From the NCBI GenBank assembly GCA_017522615.1, contig JAFWYR010000003.1, positions 4,229 through 68,228 on the forward strand: 64,000 nucleotides of DNA, in the 5' to 3' direction. Every line of letters starts with the position of its first letter. The stretch's first letter is position 1. The notes beneath the pieces were generated by a model. The model was not told where the DNA came from, searched no databases, and saw only the letters and a program-made list of their open reading frames with translations. Below are positions 42,709 through 52,716 of this stretch, one piece after another. This DNA is from Bacilli bacterium (lineage in GTDB: Bacteria; Bacillota_I; Bacilli_A; RF39; UBA660). The position numbers and the translations under genes are program-made.

Positions 42709-45700
42709 TTATTCTCCTCCTTTACTAGATATTATCACATTTTCAGGTAATTTAAAACCTATATTAGTAACTCTACAGTATGAGCCATTATTGACATTCT
42801 CAATAACGGAAGACAAAGGTAATCGATATTTTCCACCCCAAGAAGAAACAATTAAACTTCCATCTACATCCACATCGACTAAAGTCATCGCATGTCCACC
42901 AACATGTTCATAATTACCATTAGAAGCATTAGCTCCTGCTAAAGCAGCATCATTAACAGCTCTATTATCTGAAATTAAAGATTCCAAAGAGAAGTCTTTT
43001 GCAGAAATAATATGAAAACCATTAGGGTTTTTTAATAAATCTTCAACAATAGTAGTTAACATATTATTAACATCTCCAGGAGTATTGATTCTAAGTACAG
43101 CATTTCTATCTATTTCTATTCCTTTTTCATCAAATAAAGACTTAACTCTACTATCAAAACTAGCAAGACTTACTCCAGCATCTCCGCTATCTAATATAGA
43201 AGAAATACTATCATAGTTTTTACTAAAGTGATTCAAATACATCTCGAAAGCAATAGCTTCTAAATTATATTGTTTTAAAGATCCATCTTCAATATATAAA
43301 TCATAACCAAACAAATTTTTAAATATACTTGCCCCATTTTCTAAACTTCCCATATAAGTGGCAAAAATATTAGCAAAAGCCATATAAAAACATCCACCAT
43401 TCGCATAATGATATGCAAGTTTAACTTTATCAATATCACTCAAATCTCCAAAATATTTATTAATCAAATTATTTAATATAGTAGCTTTTTCTCTTTCGAC
43501 TGTAGATAATTCTTCACCATCTAACAAACTTTTTAAATAATTATATACATCACCCTGATTACCACCATATTTAGTAGCCGAAAAAATATCAGAAAAAGCA
43601 CTATTACTGTCAATAGAAACAAGATTAGAAACTGCTTCATTTAAGCTCATCTCATTAACCTGAACATCTTTAATTCCAAGTATACTTTCATGATAAATAA
43701 TACTATTTAAATCTAAACTGCCAGTTGAATCTGCCAATAAATATTTTTTTATTAATCCATTTTCAGTTTCAAAAAGAACTTCATATAATTGATTAGCATT
43801 TAAATCACTATGATTATAATCATTCAAAGGAATTACAGTCTTTACCTCAACATTAGAATTTGGAGAAAAATAATTAGCAATATTAATACTTGAACCATAT
43901 AAGCTTTGTCCTATAATTCTTTGTTCCACACCATCAACCATTACAACTATTTCATTTAATCCTTTTGAAAGTCCCATCTCAGGTGTTATTTCCAATTTAT
44001 TTTTAAAATCATTAGCTACAATAGAAATATTTGAAAGTGTTCCCCTATAAGCAGCTTCAACCATATCACTAGGTGGAGAAAAAAGACTAAAACCATAATA
44101 ATCTGTCGTAATAGTTTTTCCATCAATATCATAAGACAAAATATAATATTTACTTCCATTTAAAATACTATCATTAACCCTTAAAGAACCATTTTCATAA
44201 TTAATTACATTTCCAGCTAAATCTGATAATTTAGAATATACACTTTTTTTAACTTCATCATGTTTACTAATAAAAGATGAAATAAAATTTTTAAAAAATT
44301 CATTTTCCAACTTATAAATGGAAGAACTATATAATCTATCAGCCAAATTGTTAATATTATTAACATTTGCAAAATAAAATTCAGGTTCAAAAAAACGTTC
44401 ACTAAGTTCCTCCATCAATCTAACATAAGAAGAATCCTCACCAATAGAGTCATAAAATGTATAAAAATAATCTTTATCGTAGCTTCGCTTACAGTTTATT
44501 AAAACATCAAGTAAAGAACTATTATCTAACTGTAATAACCTATCAACAAAAACATCATTTTGTAAAGCTTTCATATTTTTATCTAACAAATATTTAGTTA
44601 TTTTTTCAAAATCTTCATCAGATAAATTTTGAACAAAACTTCTCATAGCCTCGCTACTAAATAACTCATTAAATTTTTCATCTGACAAAGAGCAAATTAC
44701 ATTACTAATATCATTAAATAATAGAGGATTTAAAATATTTTTAATAATCATATTATTAAGTTTTTCAGTTCCAACAAGTTCTTCAGCCATAACAGGATCA
44801 GTAACTAAAGCAAATATACACTGTCCATTCTTAATTTCTAAAATTCTACCACTATCAACAAGTTCTCTTACAAAGGCTCTCTTATATTCTTCCAATGAAT
44901 TATAATTACCAAAATCAGTTAAACTATTGATAGAATCTATAGCTCCTTTTAAAGAATCATAGTTGTTTAAATCTATATTACTATCAATCAAAGATTCATT
45001 TGCACTACTACTTATAGTAGATATAGAAGTCGGTCCAAAAACTACATTACTAGAATTAATAGCATTACCTGTAGAAGGAGCCATTAATTTATCATAATAT
45101 GATTCTAGAAAATTATAAGCATTATCTCCTATAATATTTCTTAAAGTCGAAAGATCCCCTGTATATCCACTAACTTTTAATTGAATAAAGTTTGCAACAA
45201 TTTCCATAAAAATTCTATTTCTATCATTAGCATAATATTCATCATAAGAATGAGCAAATTGAAGATTAACTTCAGAACCATCGGGAAGTAATACCATATT
45301 GTTTGCTCTTCGTCCAAAAGATATAGCAGCAATAATGTCACATAAAGCCGTTGTATTATAAGGTACATTTCGCTGATATCCTTCCGCTCTTGATCTAACC
45401 ACAGCTTGAATATGAGCCTTATAAGTAAACTCAGCAATTGTTCTAATAACTTGGTCACGATTATTTGCACCCATTCCCAATAATCGCCTAATAAAACTAT
45501 TATCTGATAATTGATTAATAAAAGCAGCAACTGTATCATCACTTATATTAAGGCTTCTCATATAATCTGCTAAATCCCCATTAGATTTCTGCATCAATGA
45601 TTCATATTCGTAATTCACTTCATCTTTATACTTTTGAGTAAGATAAATTGACTCTAAAGTAGGTTGAGCTGCACCATAATTTATTGAAACCTCCTCTAAT

Positions 45701-48700
45701 GCTCTATTATATAAAGAATTATAATCTCTATTACAAGAAGCAGCAAAACTTCTAACTTTCGCAGAATAATCATGTTGTCTCAAGATATCTCTCATAATGT
45801 TATTCCATTCTCCAGGAACCGAAAAACCGTCCTCATATTCATGAATAGCATGACCTATTTCATGAGCAAGAGTACCAACATCCGACCAGGCAAAACTATT
45901 TGAACCTAAATATACAGCTCCAACATATTCATAAGAGGTATAAAAGTTAAGAGGACTTATAACAGCAAATTGTGGATGTATTTTCTTTATTTCAATAACT
46001 TTTTTTAAAAAAGGTTGCATTTCTTCATACATGCCAAATTTCGAAACTATTTTTTGTAATAATATTTTCCCTCTTTCATAATAATCTGAATTCAAGCTAA
46101 AGCCATAAGCTTCTTGCCCTGTTAATCCCATTATTCTTAATCTTCTAGAAATCTTTCCAGTATTGACATTGCCGTCAATCACAACTGTTTTAAATTCTTC
46201 ACAAACTTTTTTAGCATCAAACCTTTTATTTTCTTCCATCGCTGCATTATATATAGAATCAAATATAGCCATTGCTTCCGGAGTATCAGCCATCACATGT
46301 TTGTCAACATAATCATCAAAAGCTCTAGTAAAATCTTCCAAAGACATTTCAATTATAGTTGTTCTCACACTATTATCATTAGTAATATAATTTGGATTTC
46401 CAGTTTTCAAATACTTTAACACCTGTTCAATAGTTTCTTGAACACTCAAATCATATTTACTCATCATAGTATCAAAAAGAAGTTCCATTGTTTTAAAATT
46501 AGCTATTCTTTGCTGCTCTTTATAATATGAATAATCTCTAAGCGCAAGCTCAATTTCTTCCTTAGTCATACCTGCAATTATATCTCTCGCATCATATAAT
46601 TCAGGAATATAAGTTAAATCATTAGAATCCAAATAAGATTGTATTTGTCCAATTCCAACCTCATCAGTAGTTCTCCAATTATCTATAGTAGCTTGTATAG
46701 CAGTTTTAACCTTTTCAAAGTTTCCACTTCTCTTATTATATAAATCTCTTAAAGATTCCATTTTAGACATAATATTATCATCAATATCATATCCATTCGA
46801 CATAGCTTCTTCATAAAAATCAGCAAACGGTTTCAAGAAAACTATATCTCTCAAAGCTGATTCTTTATACAAAATACCAGTAAATAATCTATCGCTACTA
46901 AAAGCTCTTCCAAGATGTGTAATATCAAAATCTCCTATTCCTTCAGCAGCATATTTTGCAAAAGTCTCTTCTGCATTAATTCTATTTATATCAGTACTAA
47001 GTTTATCAATTTCATTTCCTATCTCATTTATCTTAGCCATATCTTCATCTGTTGCATTATTCTCACCTAATGCCCATAAGTTAGCTCTCTGAGCTTCCAA
47101 TCTTTTTATATTTTCCTGTAGTTCTTGTATTTTTATAGTATTTTCATTTTGAACACTTACACTTTCAGTTGATGTTGCAGACTGATCATTAATAGAGTGC
47201 GTATCGTCAATTATACTTTCCGATACTTGAGTACCTTGAACACTATTAGTTTGATCTATAGGTGCACCATTAAAATGAACTCGACTACTTTCGGATACTT
47301 GAGTACCTTGAACACTATTAGTTTGATCTATAGGTGCACCATTAAATTGAACTCGACTACTTTCCGATGGTGAATCAACTTGAATAACACCACCATTATT
47401 TTGAGCCAATCTTTGAAGTTCCAAACCAATTCCTAAAGCTTGAGCTTCACTGACATTATATTCATTTTGAATAGTCTGAGCTATACCTTTAGATATATCA
47501 TGAGTATTTTTGACACTTCCAAAAGCACCAAAACAAACTCCCGAAGCAAAACCGCCTAAAAATGCTTGTTCTAACTGCTCTTTAAAATCATTCATAGCCA
47601 TATTTTTAGCATCTAGCTCACTATAGCCTTGATCCATATAATTTTGAATAGTTAAACTAAAATTACTCAAATCACCAGAAATAACCTCATCAAAACAATA
47701 ATTTAAAATTTCAGTTGCAAACTCTTCTTCACCTTCTGCAAATCCCTGACTTACAGCTCCAGCCAAACAATAAACAAGTTCAGCAGTAAACTTATCATCA
47801 GTTTTATTTATAGTTTCCTGAACCAATTTCATCGTACCAGCACCAAGATGCTCTTCCAAATTTAATAAATGCCCCAAAGAATAACTTTCCATTGCCGTTT
47901 CTACAATAGCAGAAGATGCAGCAAGCATAATTGCCTCATCATCGCTTAATCCTCTATCTAAAGCATCATTTATAGTTGAAACATAAGCTCTAGAACCCAT
48001 AAGAAGGGCACTAAAGAATGCCGGTGCACCTGGAAATACAGTACCAAATATTATAAGTTCCCCAGAATCAGCCATACTCATAACAGTATTATAAATAAAC
48101 GCTGCTTCTTCTCCACTTGATTCTAATATATTCTGACTAACTCTAGCCCTCCAGACATCACCCATACTATATACATCAGTTCTAAGTAGTTTATCATCAG
48201 TAGTTTTAGCATGGAAAGAAGCTGCCATCGCACTCATTCCTTCAAAAGGAGTAACTAAAACAGAACCCAAAGAAGCAAGTACAGGATGTTCATCTGCAAA
48301 CGATTGATCATGAGCAGATTTAATCATCAAATATCTTTGATCAATTATTGGTTCTAAATCATCTAAATACTTTAAAGCAGAATCCACGCCTTCAGTATTA
48401 TATATATAATTAAATACTTTTATTTCTTCATCAGTAATGATACCCTCATCCATGCCTTCTGTTAACCATCTAGCATAATGTTCAAGTATTTTATCATCAG
48501 AATTTACCATTAATGATCCAAGATCATTATCCCTAAAATCAATTCCACCATTTAACATATAATAAAGAATTTTTGCTTCATCTTCCTTACTTACAGTAGC
48601 CGAAAAATCTCTATGTACATTATCAGAAGATCTATTATATTTAAAATAAAGATCATTAGCCAAATTTTCATTAGTTTTTTCAAAACCACATTTATCCAAA

Positions 48701-50211
48701 AAATCTTCTTTAGCTTCGTAAGGGTCTAATAATTCAACCCTTTCAAATGTTTCCATTTCAATAGTTTCAATTATAGTATTTAATTCACTTATAGCCTTTT
48801 TAAGTTCATCTATCCTATCGTTATGTTCTTGCTGAAAATTACCTAATTCTAATTGATCATAATATAGTCCACTCAAAGAACTAGTATCATACTGTGTACC
48901 ACTAGCCGTTTGAATGGTAATTCCACCAACATTTTTATGTGAATCGATTCTACTTCCTAAAGCACTTTTTCGAGACAGTAAACCATCAAGTTCCTCCTGT
49001 AAAGATTTTACCTTTGCCTCAAGATCATCTATAGAATTAACATCACTTAAAAGTTGTTTATAATAGTCACCTAATTCAATCTGCTTAGAATTACACTCTA
49101 AATCATTAATTTGATTTTCTAAATCCTCAATTTGCTTTTCCAAATCAGCTATAGCTTTAGCCTCATCCGCAGAGTACACCTTACCCTGATATGTATCTTT
49201 CCCAGTGTTTTTTCTCAAATTAGCAGCTTGAGCTTCCAATTTAGCCTTTTTACTTTGCAACTCATCTATCATAGAATTATTTTTATCAATCTGAGATGCA
49301 TCAACATTATCATATGAAGCTTTCATTTGAAAGAAAAATTGAGAATCATATAGATGACGTCTTCTAGAAGAATCCTCATCATTCATTATTTCAGTAATTA
49401 AATCTTGTAAAGAAATCCCATCATAAAATACCCTGTCGATATCTTCATCGCTAAGTCCATATTTTCTTAAAGAATCTCTATAATCAGAAAGAGAAATTTC
49501 CGCCTCATTACCATTAGCATCTATATATTTTATCTTTGAAGAACCCTCGTTCTCCCTTTTTCCTTTAGTGCCAGAACTAGCTGCTTTTCCCTTAGATTTA
49601 GTACCTTTATCGCCAGAATTTTCTGAAGAACTATTAGATTTTCCGCCTTGTCCAAACGATCCACTATTTCCCTTCGAATTATTATCACCTGAAGAAGTAC
49701 CAGTAGCTTCAGAAGAAGTAGACTTACCACCAGAAAAATCATTTTCACTAGCTTTTGTTCCAGAATTATCAGATGAAGAACCATTTGAAGTTCCAGCATT
49801 TACTCCAGCCGAACCACCCTCGGTTTTACTTGAAGAATTACCAGAATTACTTGATCCTTTTGAATCATTAACGTTCTTTTCAGAAGCATCATTACCTTTT
49901 ACATCATCAGTATTTTTATTATTTTCAGCTCCATGATCAACACTCTTATCATTACCTTCTTTAGAATTTACATCTGACGATTTCTTATCTTCACCAGTAT
50001 TATTCACTTCTGAAGATGAAGTTTCTTTACTATCTACATTCCCACCGTGTCCATCATTATCAGAATTATTAAACTGAGCTTCATAATCTTCATTAGGCCC
50101 AAAAGAATCTCCAGTAGTATTTTTAACTTTTTCTTCTACCATCCTTCTAAATGGATCTAATTTACTAACTGCATCACTAGATATGATACCAGTTCTTCTA
50201 AAAAAGCCCAT
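42709..50211 (-). CDS. ~2500-aa multidomain candidate T7SS effector (low-complexity linker, coiled coil, hydrophobic region, HEXXH domain, C-terminal papain-like domain)
   Basis: Start refined to MGFFRR behind AGGAGG. HEIGH at 45850-45864; GNQG...GGCFY (Cys 43390-43392); GGHAMTLV (His 42892-42894); SSWG. Confidence 0.7.
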   Translation of the reverse strand: MGFFRRTGIISSDAVSKLDPFRRMVEEKVKNTTGDSFGPNEDYEAQFNNSDNDGHGGNVDSKETSSSEVNNTGEDKKSSDVNSKEGNDKSVDHGAENNKNTDDVKGNDASEKNVNDSKGSSNSGNSSSKTEGGSAGVNAGTSNGSSSDNSGTKASENDFSGGKSTSSEATGTSSGDNNSKGNSGSFGQGGKSNSSSENSGDKGTKSKGKAASSGTKGKRENEGSSKIKYIDANGNEAEISLSDYRDSLRKYGLSDEDIDRVFYDGISLQDLITEIMNDEDSSRRRHLYDSQFFFQMKASYDNVDASQIDKNNSMIDELQSKKAKLEAQAANLRKNTGKDTYQGKVYSADEAKAIADLEKQIEDLENQINDLECNSKQIELGDYYKQLLSDVNSIDDLEAKVKSLQEELDGLLSRKSALGSRIDSHKNVGGITIQTASGTQYDTSSLSGLYYDQLELGNFQQEHNDRIDELKKAISELNTIIETIEMETFERVELLDPYEAKEDFLDKCGFEKTNENLANDLYFKYNRSSDNVHRDFSATVSKEDEAKILYYMLNGGIDFRDNDLGSLMVNSDDKILEHYARWLTEGMDEGIITDEEIKVFNYIYNTEGVDSALKYLDDLEPIIDQRYLMIKSAHDQSFADEHPVLASLGSVLVTPFEGMSAMAASFHAKTTDDKLLRTDVYSMGDVWRARVSQNILESSGEEAAFIYNTVMSMADSGELIIFGTVFPGAPAFFSALLMGSRAYVSTINDALDRGLSDDEAIMLAASSAIVETAMESYSLGHLLNLEEHLGAGTMKLVQETINKTDDKFTAELVYCLAGAVSQGFAEGEEEFATEILNYCFDEVISGDLSNFSLTIQNYMDQGYSELDAKNMAMNDFKEQLEQAFLGGFASGVCFGAFGSVKNTHDISKGIAQTIQNEYNVSEAQALGIGLELQRLAQNNGGVIQVDSPSESSRVQFNGAPIDQTNSVQGTQVSESSRVHFNGAPIDQTNSVQGTQVSESIIDDTHSINDQSATSTESVSVQNENTIKIQELQENIKRLEAQRANLWALGENNATDEDMAKINEIGNEIDKLSTDINRINAEETFAKYAAEGIGDFDITHLGRAFSSDRLFTGILYKESALRDIVFLKPFADFYEEAMSNGYDIDDNIMSKMESLRDLYNKRSGNFEKVKTAIQATIDNWRTTDEVGIGQIQSYLDSNDLTYIPELYDARDIIAGMTKEEIELALRDYSYYKEQQRIANFKTMELLFDTMMSKYDLSVQETIEQVLKYLKTGNPNYITNDNSVRTTIIEMSLEDFTRAFDDYVDKHVMADTPEAMAIFDSIYNAAMEENKRFDAKKVCEEFKTVVIDGNVNTGKISRRLRIMGLTGQEAYGFSLNSDYYERGKILLQKIVSKFGMYEEMQPFLKKVIEIKKIHPQFAVISPLNFYTSYEYVGAVYLGSNSFAWSDVGTLAHEIGHAIHEYEDGFSVPGEWNNIMRDILRQHDYSAKVRSFAASCNRDYNSLYNRALEEVSINYGAAQPTLESIYLTQKYKDEVNYEYESLMQKSNGDLADYMRSLNISDDTVAAFINQLSDNSFIRRLLGMGANNRDQVIRTIAEFTYKAHIQAVVRSRAEGYQRNVPYNTTALCDIIAAISFGRRANNMVLLPDGSEVNLQFAHSYDEYYANDRNRIFMEIVANFIQLKVSGYTGDLSTLRNIIGDNAYNFLESYYDKLMAPSTGNAINSSNVVFGPTSISTISSSANESLIDSNIDLNNYDSLKGAIDSINSLTDFGNYNSLEEYKRAFVRELVDSGRILEIKNGQCIFALVTDPVMAEELVGTEKLNNMIIKNILNPLLFNDISNVICSLSDEKFNELFSSEAMRSFVQNLSDEDFEKITKYLLDKNMKALQNDVFVDRLLQLDNSSLLDVLINCKRSYDKDYFYTFYDSIGEDSSYVRLMEELSERFFEPEFYFANVNNINNLADRLYSSSIYKLENEFFKNFISSFISKHDEVKKSVYSKLSDLAGNVINYENGSLRVNDSILNGSKYYILSYDIDGKTITTDYYGFSLFSPPSDMVEAAYRGTLSNISIVANDFKNKLEITPEMGLSKGLNEIVVMVDGVEQRIIGQSLYGSSINIANYFSPNSNVEVKTVIPLNDYNHSDLNANQLYEVLFETENGLIKKYLLADSTGSLDLNSIIYHESILGIKDVQVNEMSLNEAVSNLVSIDSNSAFSDIFSATKYGGNQGDVYNYLKSLLDGEELSTVEREKATILNNLINKYFGDLSDIDKVKLAYHYANGGCFYMAFANIFATYMGSLENGASIFKNLFGYDLYIEDGSLKQYNLEAIAFEMYLNHFSKNYDSISSILDSGDAGVSLASFDSRVKSLFDEKGIEIDRNAVLRINTPGDVNNMLTTIVEDLLKNPNGFHIISAKDFSLESLISDNRAVNDAALAGANASNGNYEHVGGHAMTLVDVDVDGSLIVSSWGGKYRLPLSSVIENVNNGSYCRVTNIGFKLPENVIISSKGGE
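47215..47368. repeat. 72-bp in-frame tandem repeat (about 2.1 units)
   Basis: Units start at 47215, 47287 and 47359 (partial); encode SESSRV[Q/H]FNGAPIDQTNSVQGTQV. Confidence 0.92.
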
Positions 50212-50258
50212 ATTACAACCTCCTATAAAGATTATCAAAAAAAGAAGTTGGTCTCTTC

Positions 50259-51632
50259 TTAACCATTAAGTATTTCAGAAGAATTCAACTCCTTAATTTT
50301 ATCACTTGAAATCTTCGTTCCAGATACCTCCATACTTCCCGAAGAAGCATCCATAGAACTAATCTTCGTTGAACTCGTTGGCGTTGATTTATTTACCTCA
50401 ATACCTGCGCTCGAAACATCGGCTTCTGAGATATGAGCAGATGATATCTCCGTTTTTGAATTTCCTACAGCAGAATTAGATGCTCCCATTTGAGAAACAT
50501 CAGTAGAAAGTATCTCAATATCATTATCGTCAATAACCTGTTCAGTAGCTTGAGAAGCATCAACACTATTGACATTAATCTTACTATCTATATTCATATT
50601 TGTTTTATCAGAACTAACATTTAATGAGGATTTAGAGTCAGTTTTTTTACCTTCTCTACTCTTAGTAACTTCAGAATATTTAGATTCCACTCTAACTCCC
50701 TTGTAATCAGAATGAATATCCTTCTCATCCCTTGTACTAACAAAATCTTTAGAATCTACATCAATTACTTTACCCTCATAATCAGAGTGAATATCCTTCT
50801 CATCTCTAGTACTAACAAAATCCTTAGAATCTACATCGATTACTTCACCTTTATAATCAGAATATATTTCAGCATCTGTATTTTTTATAGGATGACCAAC
50901 AGCACTGACAATTGTATCAACTTCATCAGATGAAGCAACATCGTTTTCAGCAACTACAGAAGATTCAGAAGCACCATATTTTGCAATCTTAGCATCAGAC
51001 TCATCTGGCATATAAAATGTTCCAGCATTACCGACATAACCTTTATAATTTAGCTCTTCAAAATGAATATCTTCAATATTAGTTCTAGAACTTATATCCT
51101 TAAGATTATTAATTGCACTTTCAACATCATCATAGATACTTCTAATTTCTTGTTCGATTGTACTTGCCCTATTAGCTAAATCCTGCATTTGATATCTTAA
51201 ATTGTCATATTGCCATTTATATCTAAAAGAATTTGGAGCCCAATAATGAGAAAGTGTATACTTAGCCCATCCAAAACTTCCATTAGCAGAGCCACAACTA
51301 TTAGCAGAATTAAGCGCGCTACCACCGTCATAAGAAAGAATATTTGGATTAACAACACCACATCTAGATGCAATATTAGCCATTCTTCCAGAAAACTCTG
51401 CTATTGCTCTTATATATTCACAAGCATTCTTATTGAAATCATCAACATCCCTATTCTCATGTTTATTTTTATTAACATAATATTCTGTATTATCGTCACT
51501 CCAAGCCGAACCTATAGAACTTAAAGAATCATAATAATTATTTATAGCTGTATTATATTTTGCATAATCTGAATTAAAATCTGAACAACTATTACTTAAT
51601 TGTTTAATATTTATCCTAAACCTCGTCATCAC
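50259..51632 (-). CDS. WXG100-like N-terminal domain fused to a Ser/Asp-rich repetitive tail
   Basis: FRINIKQL start; helix-W44SD-helix; low-complexity C-terminal half. Confidence 0.6.
   Translation of the reverse strand: MMTRFRINIKQLSNSCSDFNSDYAKYNTAINNYYDSLSSIGSAWSDDNTEYYVNKNKHENRDVDDFNKNACEYIRAIAEFSGRMANIASRCGVVNPNILSYDGGSALNSANSCGSANGSFGWAKYTLSHYWAPNSFRYKWQYDNLRYQMQDLANRASTIEQEIRSIYDDVESAINNLKDISSRTNIEDIHFEELNYKGYVGNAGTFYMPDESDAKIAKYGASESSVVAENDVASSDEVDTIVSAVGHPIKNTDAEIYSDYKGEVIDVDSKDFVSTRDEKDIHSDYEGKVIDVDSKDFVSTRDEKDIHSDYKGVRVESKYSEVTKSREGKKTDSKSSLNVSSDKTNMNIDSKINVNSVDASQATEQVIDDNDIEILSTDVSQMGASNSAVGNSKTEISSAHISEADVSSAGIEVNKSTPTSSTKISSMDASSGSMEVSGTKISSDKIKELNSSEILNG
50704..50863. repeat. 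75-bp in-frame tandem repeat (about 2.1 units)
   Basis: Units start at 50704, 50779 and 50854 (partial); encode SDY[K/E]GxVIDVDSKDFVSTRDEKDIH. Confidence 0.9.
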
Positions 51633-51873
51633 AAGCCTCCATCTCTGATCTAGCTGAAGGAATTAAAACATCATTAATATAATCCCTTTTATCTACAGCT
51701 TCATTTCTTAATTCTTCTAATTCTCTAACTTTATAAGCAATTCCATCTATAGAAATACCTCTTTTAATAGAATTAATAGCTTGATCCAACATATTAATCG
51801 CATTATTTAAATCTTGATTTGCTGCAATATCCATCATGTTAATCATTTCTCTATATACATCTTTTTCCTGCAT
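51616..51873 (-). CDS. 85-aa helical-hairpin protein (candidate T7SS partner, Lap-like)
   Basis: AAAGGAGG RBS; two amphipathic helices around a GISIDG turn; overlaps the next gene by 17 bp. Confidence 0.6.
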   Translation of the reverse strand: MQEKDVYREMINMMDIAANQDLNNAINMLDQAINSIKRGISIDGIAYKVRELEELRNEAVDKRDYINDVLIPSARSEMEACDDEV

Positions 51874-51954
51874 AGACAGCCTCCTTTAAACCACTTTAAA
51901 TAATAGTTATCGATATTTGATAACTACTATTTAAAATGGTATAAAAATACCATT

Positions 51955-52701
51955 TTATCCTTGCCATTTAACATCTGAAACACCTTGTGTAACTTGTTCA
52001 GTTGGATCCTGACCAAATTCAGATGAAACAGTTTCGTCTGATGTTGTATAAGCAGAATTTGCAAGAGTTTCAAGTCCTTCTCTCATATCTTGAACTGCTG
52101 TTAAGACAACACCTAAAGCTTTTTGATATTGTTCAAGATAAGTTTGTAAACTAGCAACTTGTGAACCATAGAAAGCTCCTTGAACTAAATCACCAGCTTT
52201 TGTACTTAATTCATCAGCAGCAGTTTTAACAGCATCAACAAAAGTAGTCAAAGAAGATTCTATTGTTCCTTTACTTGAAGTTCCGTTAATAAGACCACGT
52301 TGCTCTGAATTAGCAATATCTTTTGGTGAGAAAGTAATAACTGCATCAACTCTATTTAAAGCAACAGTTGGCTCTAAATCAACAGCAGAAGCTCCTACTG
52401 CTTCAGCACCTTCCAATTTATTTTCAGTTTGGAAAGTATGCCAGTTTTCTCCTAATTGTTTTAATTCTTTACATAAAGCATCTACTAAGTCACAAGCACT
52501 ATTGTAAAGTTCATTTATTCTTTTAATTACAGTAGCCTCGTAACTCTGCTCATCCTCACCGACCCACTCTTGAGTCAAAGTGGTTTGTAGTGGTGTCCAT
52601 GCTGAACTAATTTTCTCAGGCATTCCATTTAACCATTCATTAATTGCCCCGCCTAATTCTCTTATTTTCTCTGGAGTATATCCAATTCCATCTTGTGCCA
52701 T
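51955..52701 (-). CDS. Tandem (double) WXG100-like protein
   Basis: W46-V-G in the first ~95 aa; F177-Y-G in the second half; Y218-T-T-S-D (YxxxD) export-type motif. Confidence 0.7.
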   Translation of the reverse strand: MAQDGIGYTPEKIRELGGAINEWLNGMPEKISSAWTPLQTTLTQEWVGEDEQSYEATVIKRINELYNSACDLVDALCKELKQLGENWHTFQTENKLEGAEAVGASAVDLEPTVALNRVDAVITFSPKDIANSEQRGLINGTSSKGTIESSLTTFVDAVKTAADELSTKAGDLVQGAFYGSQVASLQTYLEQYQKALGVVLTAVQDMREGLETLANSAYTTSDETVSSEFGQDPTEQVTQGVSDVKWQG

Positions 52702-52716
52702 TTTTTTCCTCCTTCT

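Noticed and set aside
49530-50100. Ser/Gly/Asn-rich stretch as a separate repeat element or gene
   Set aside because: Low-complexity coding linker within the effector, with no exact repeat unit.
47215-50863. 72-bp and 75-bp repeats as a possible CRISPR array
   Set aside because: Contiguous, in-frame, no unique spacers, and no cas genes.
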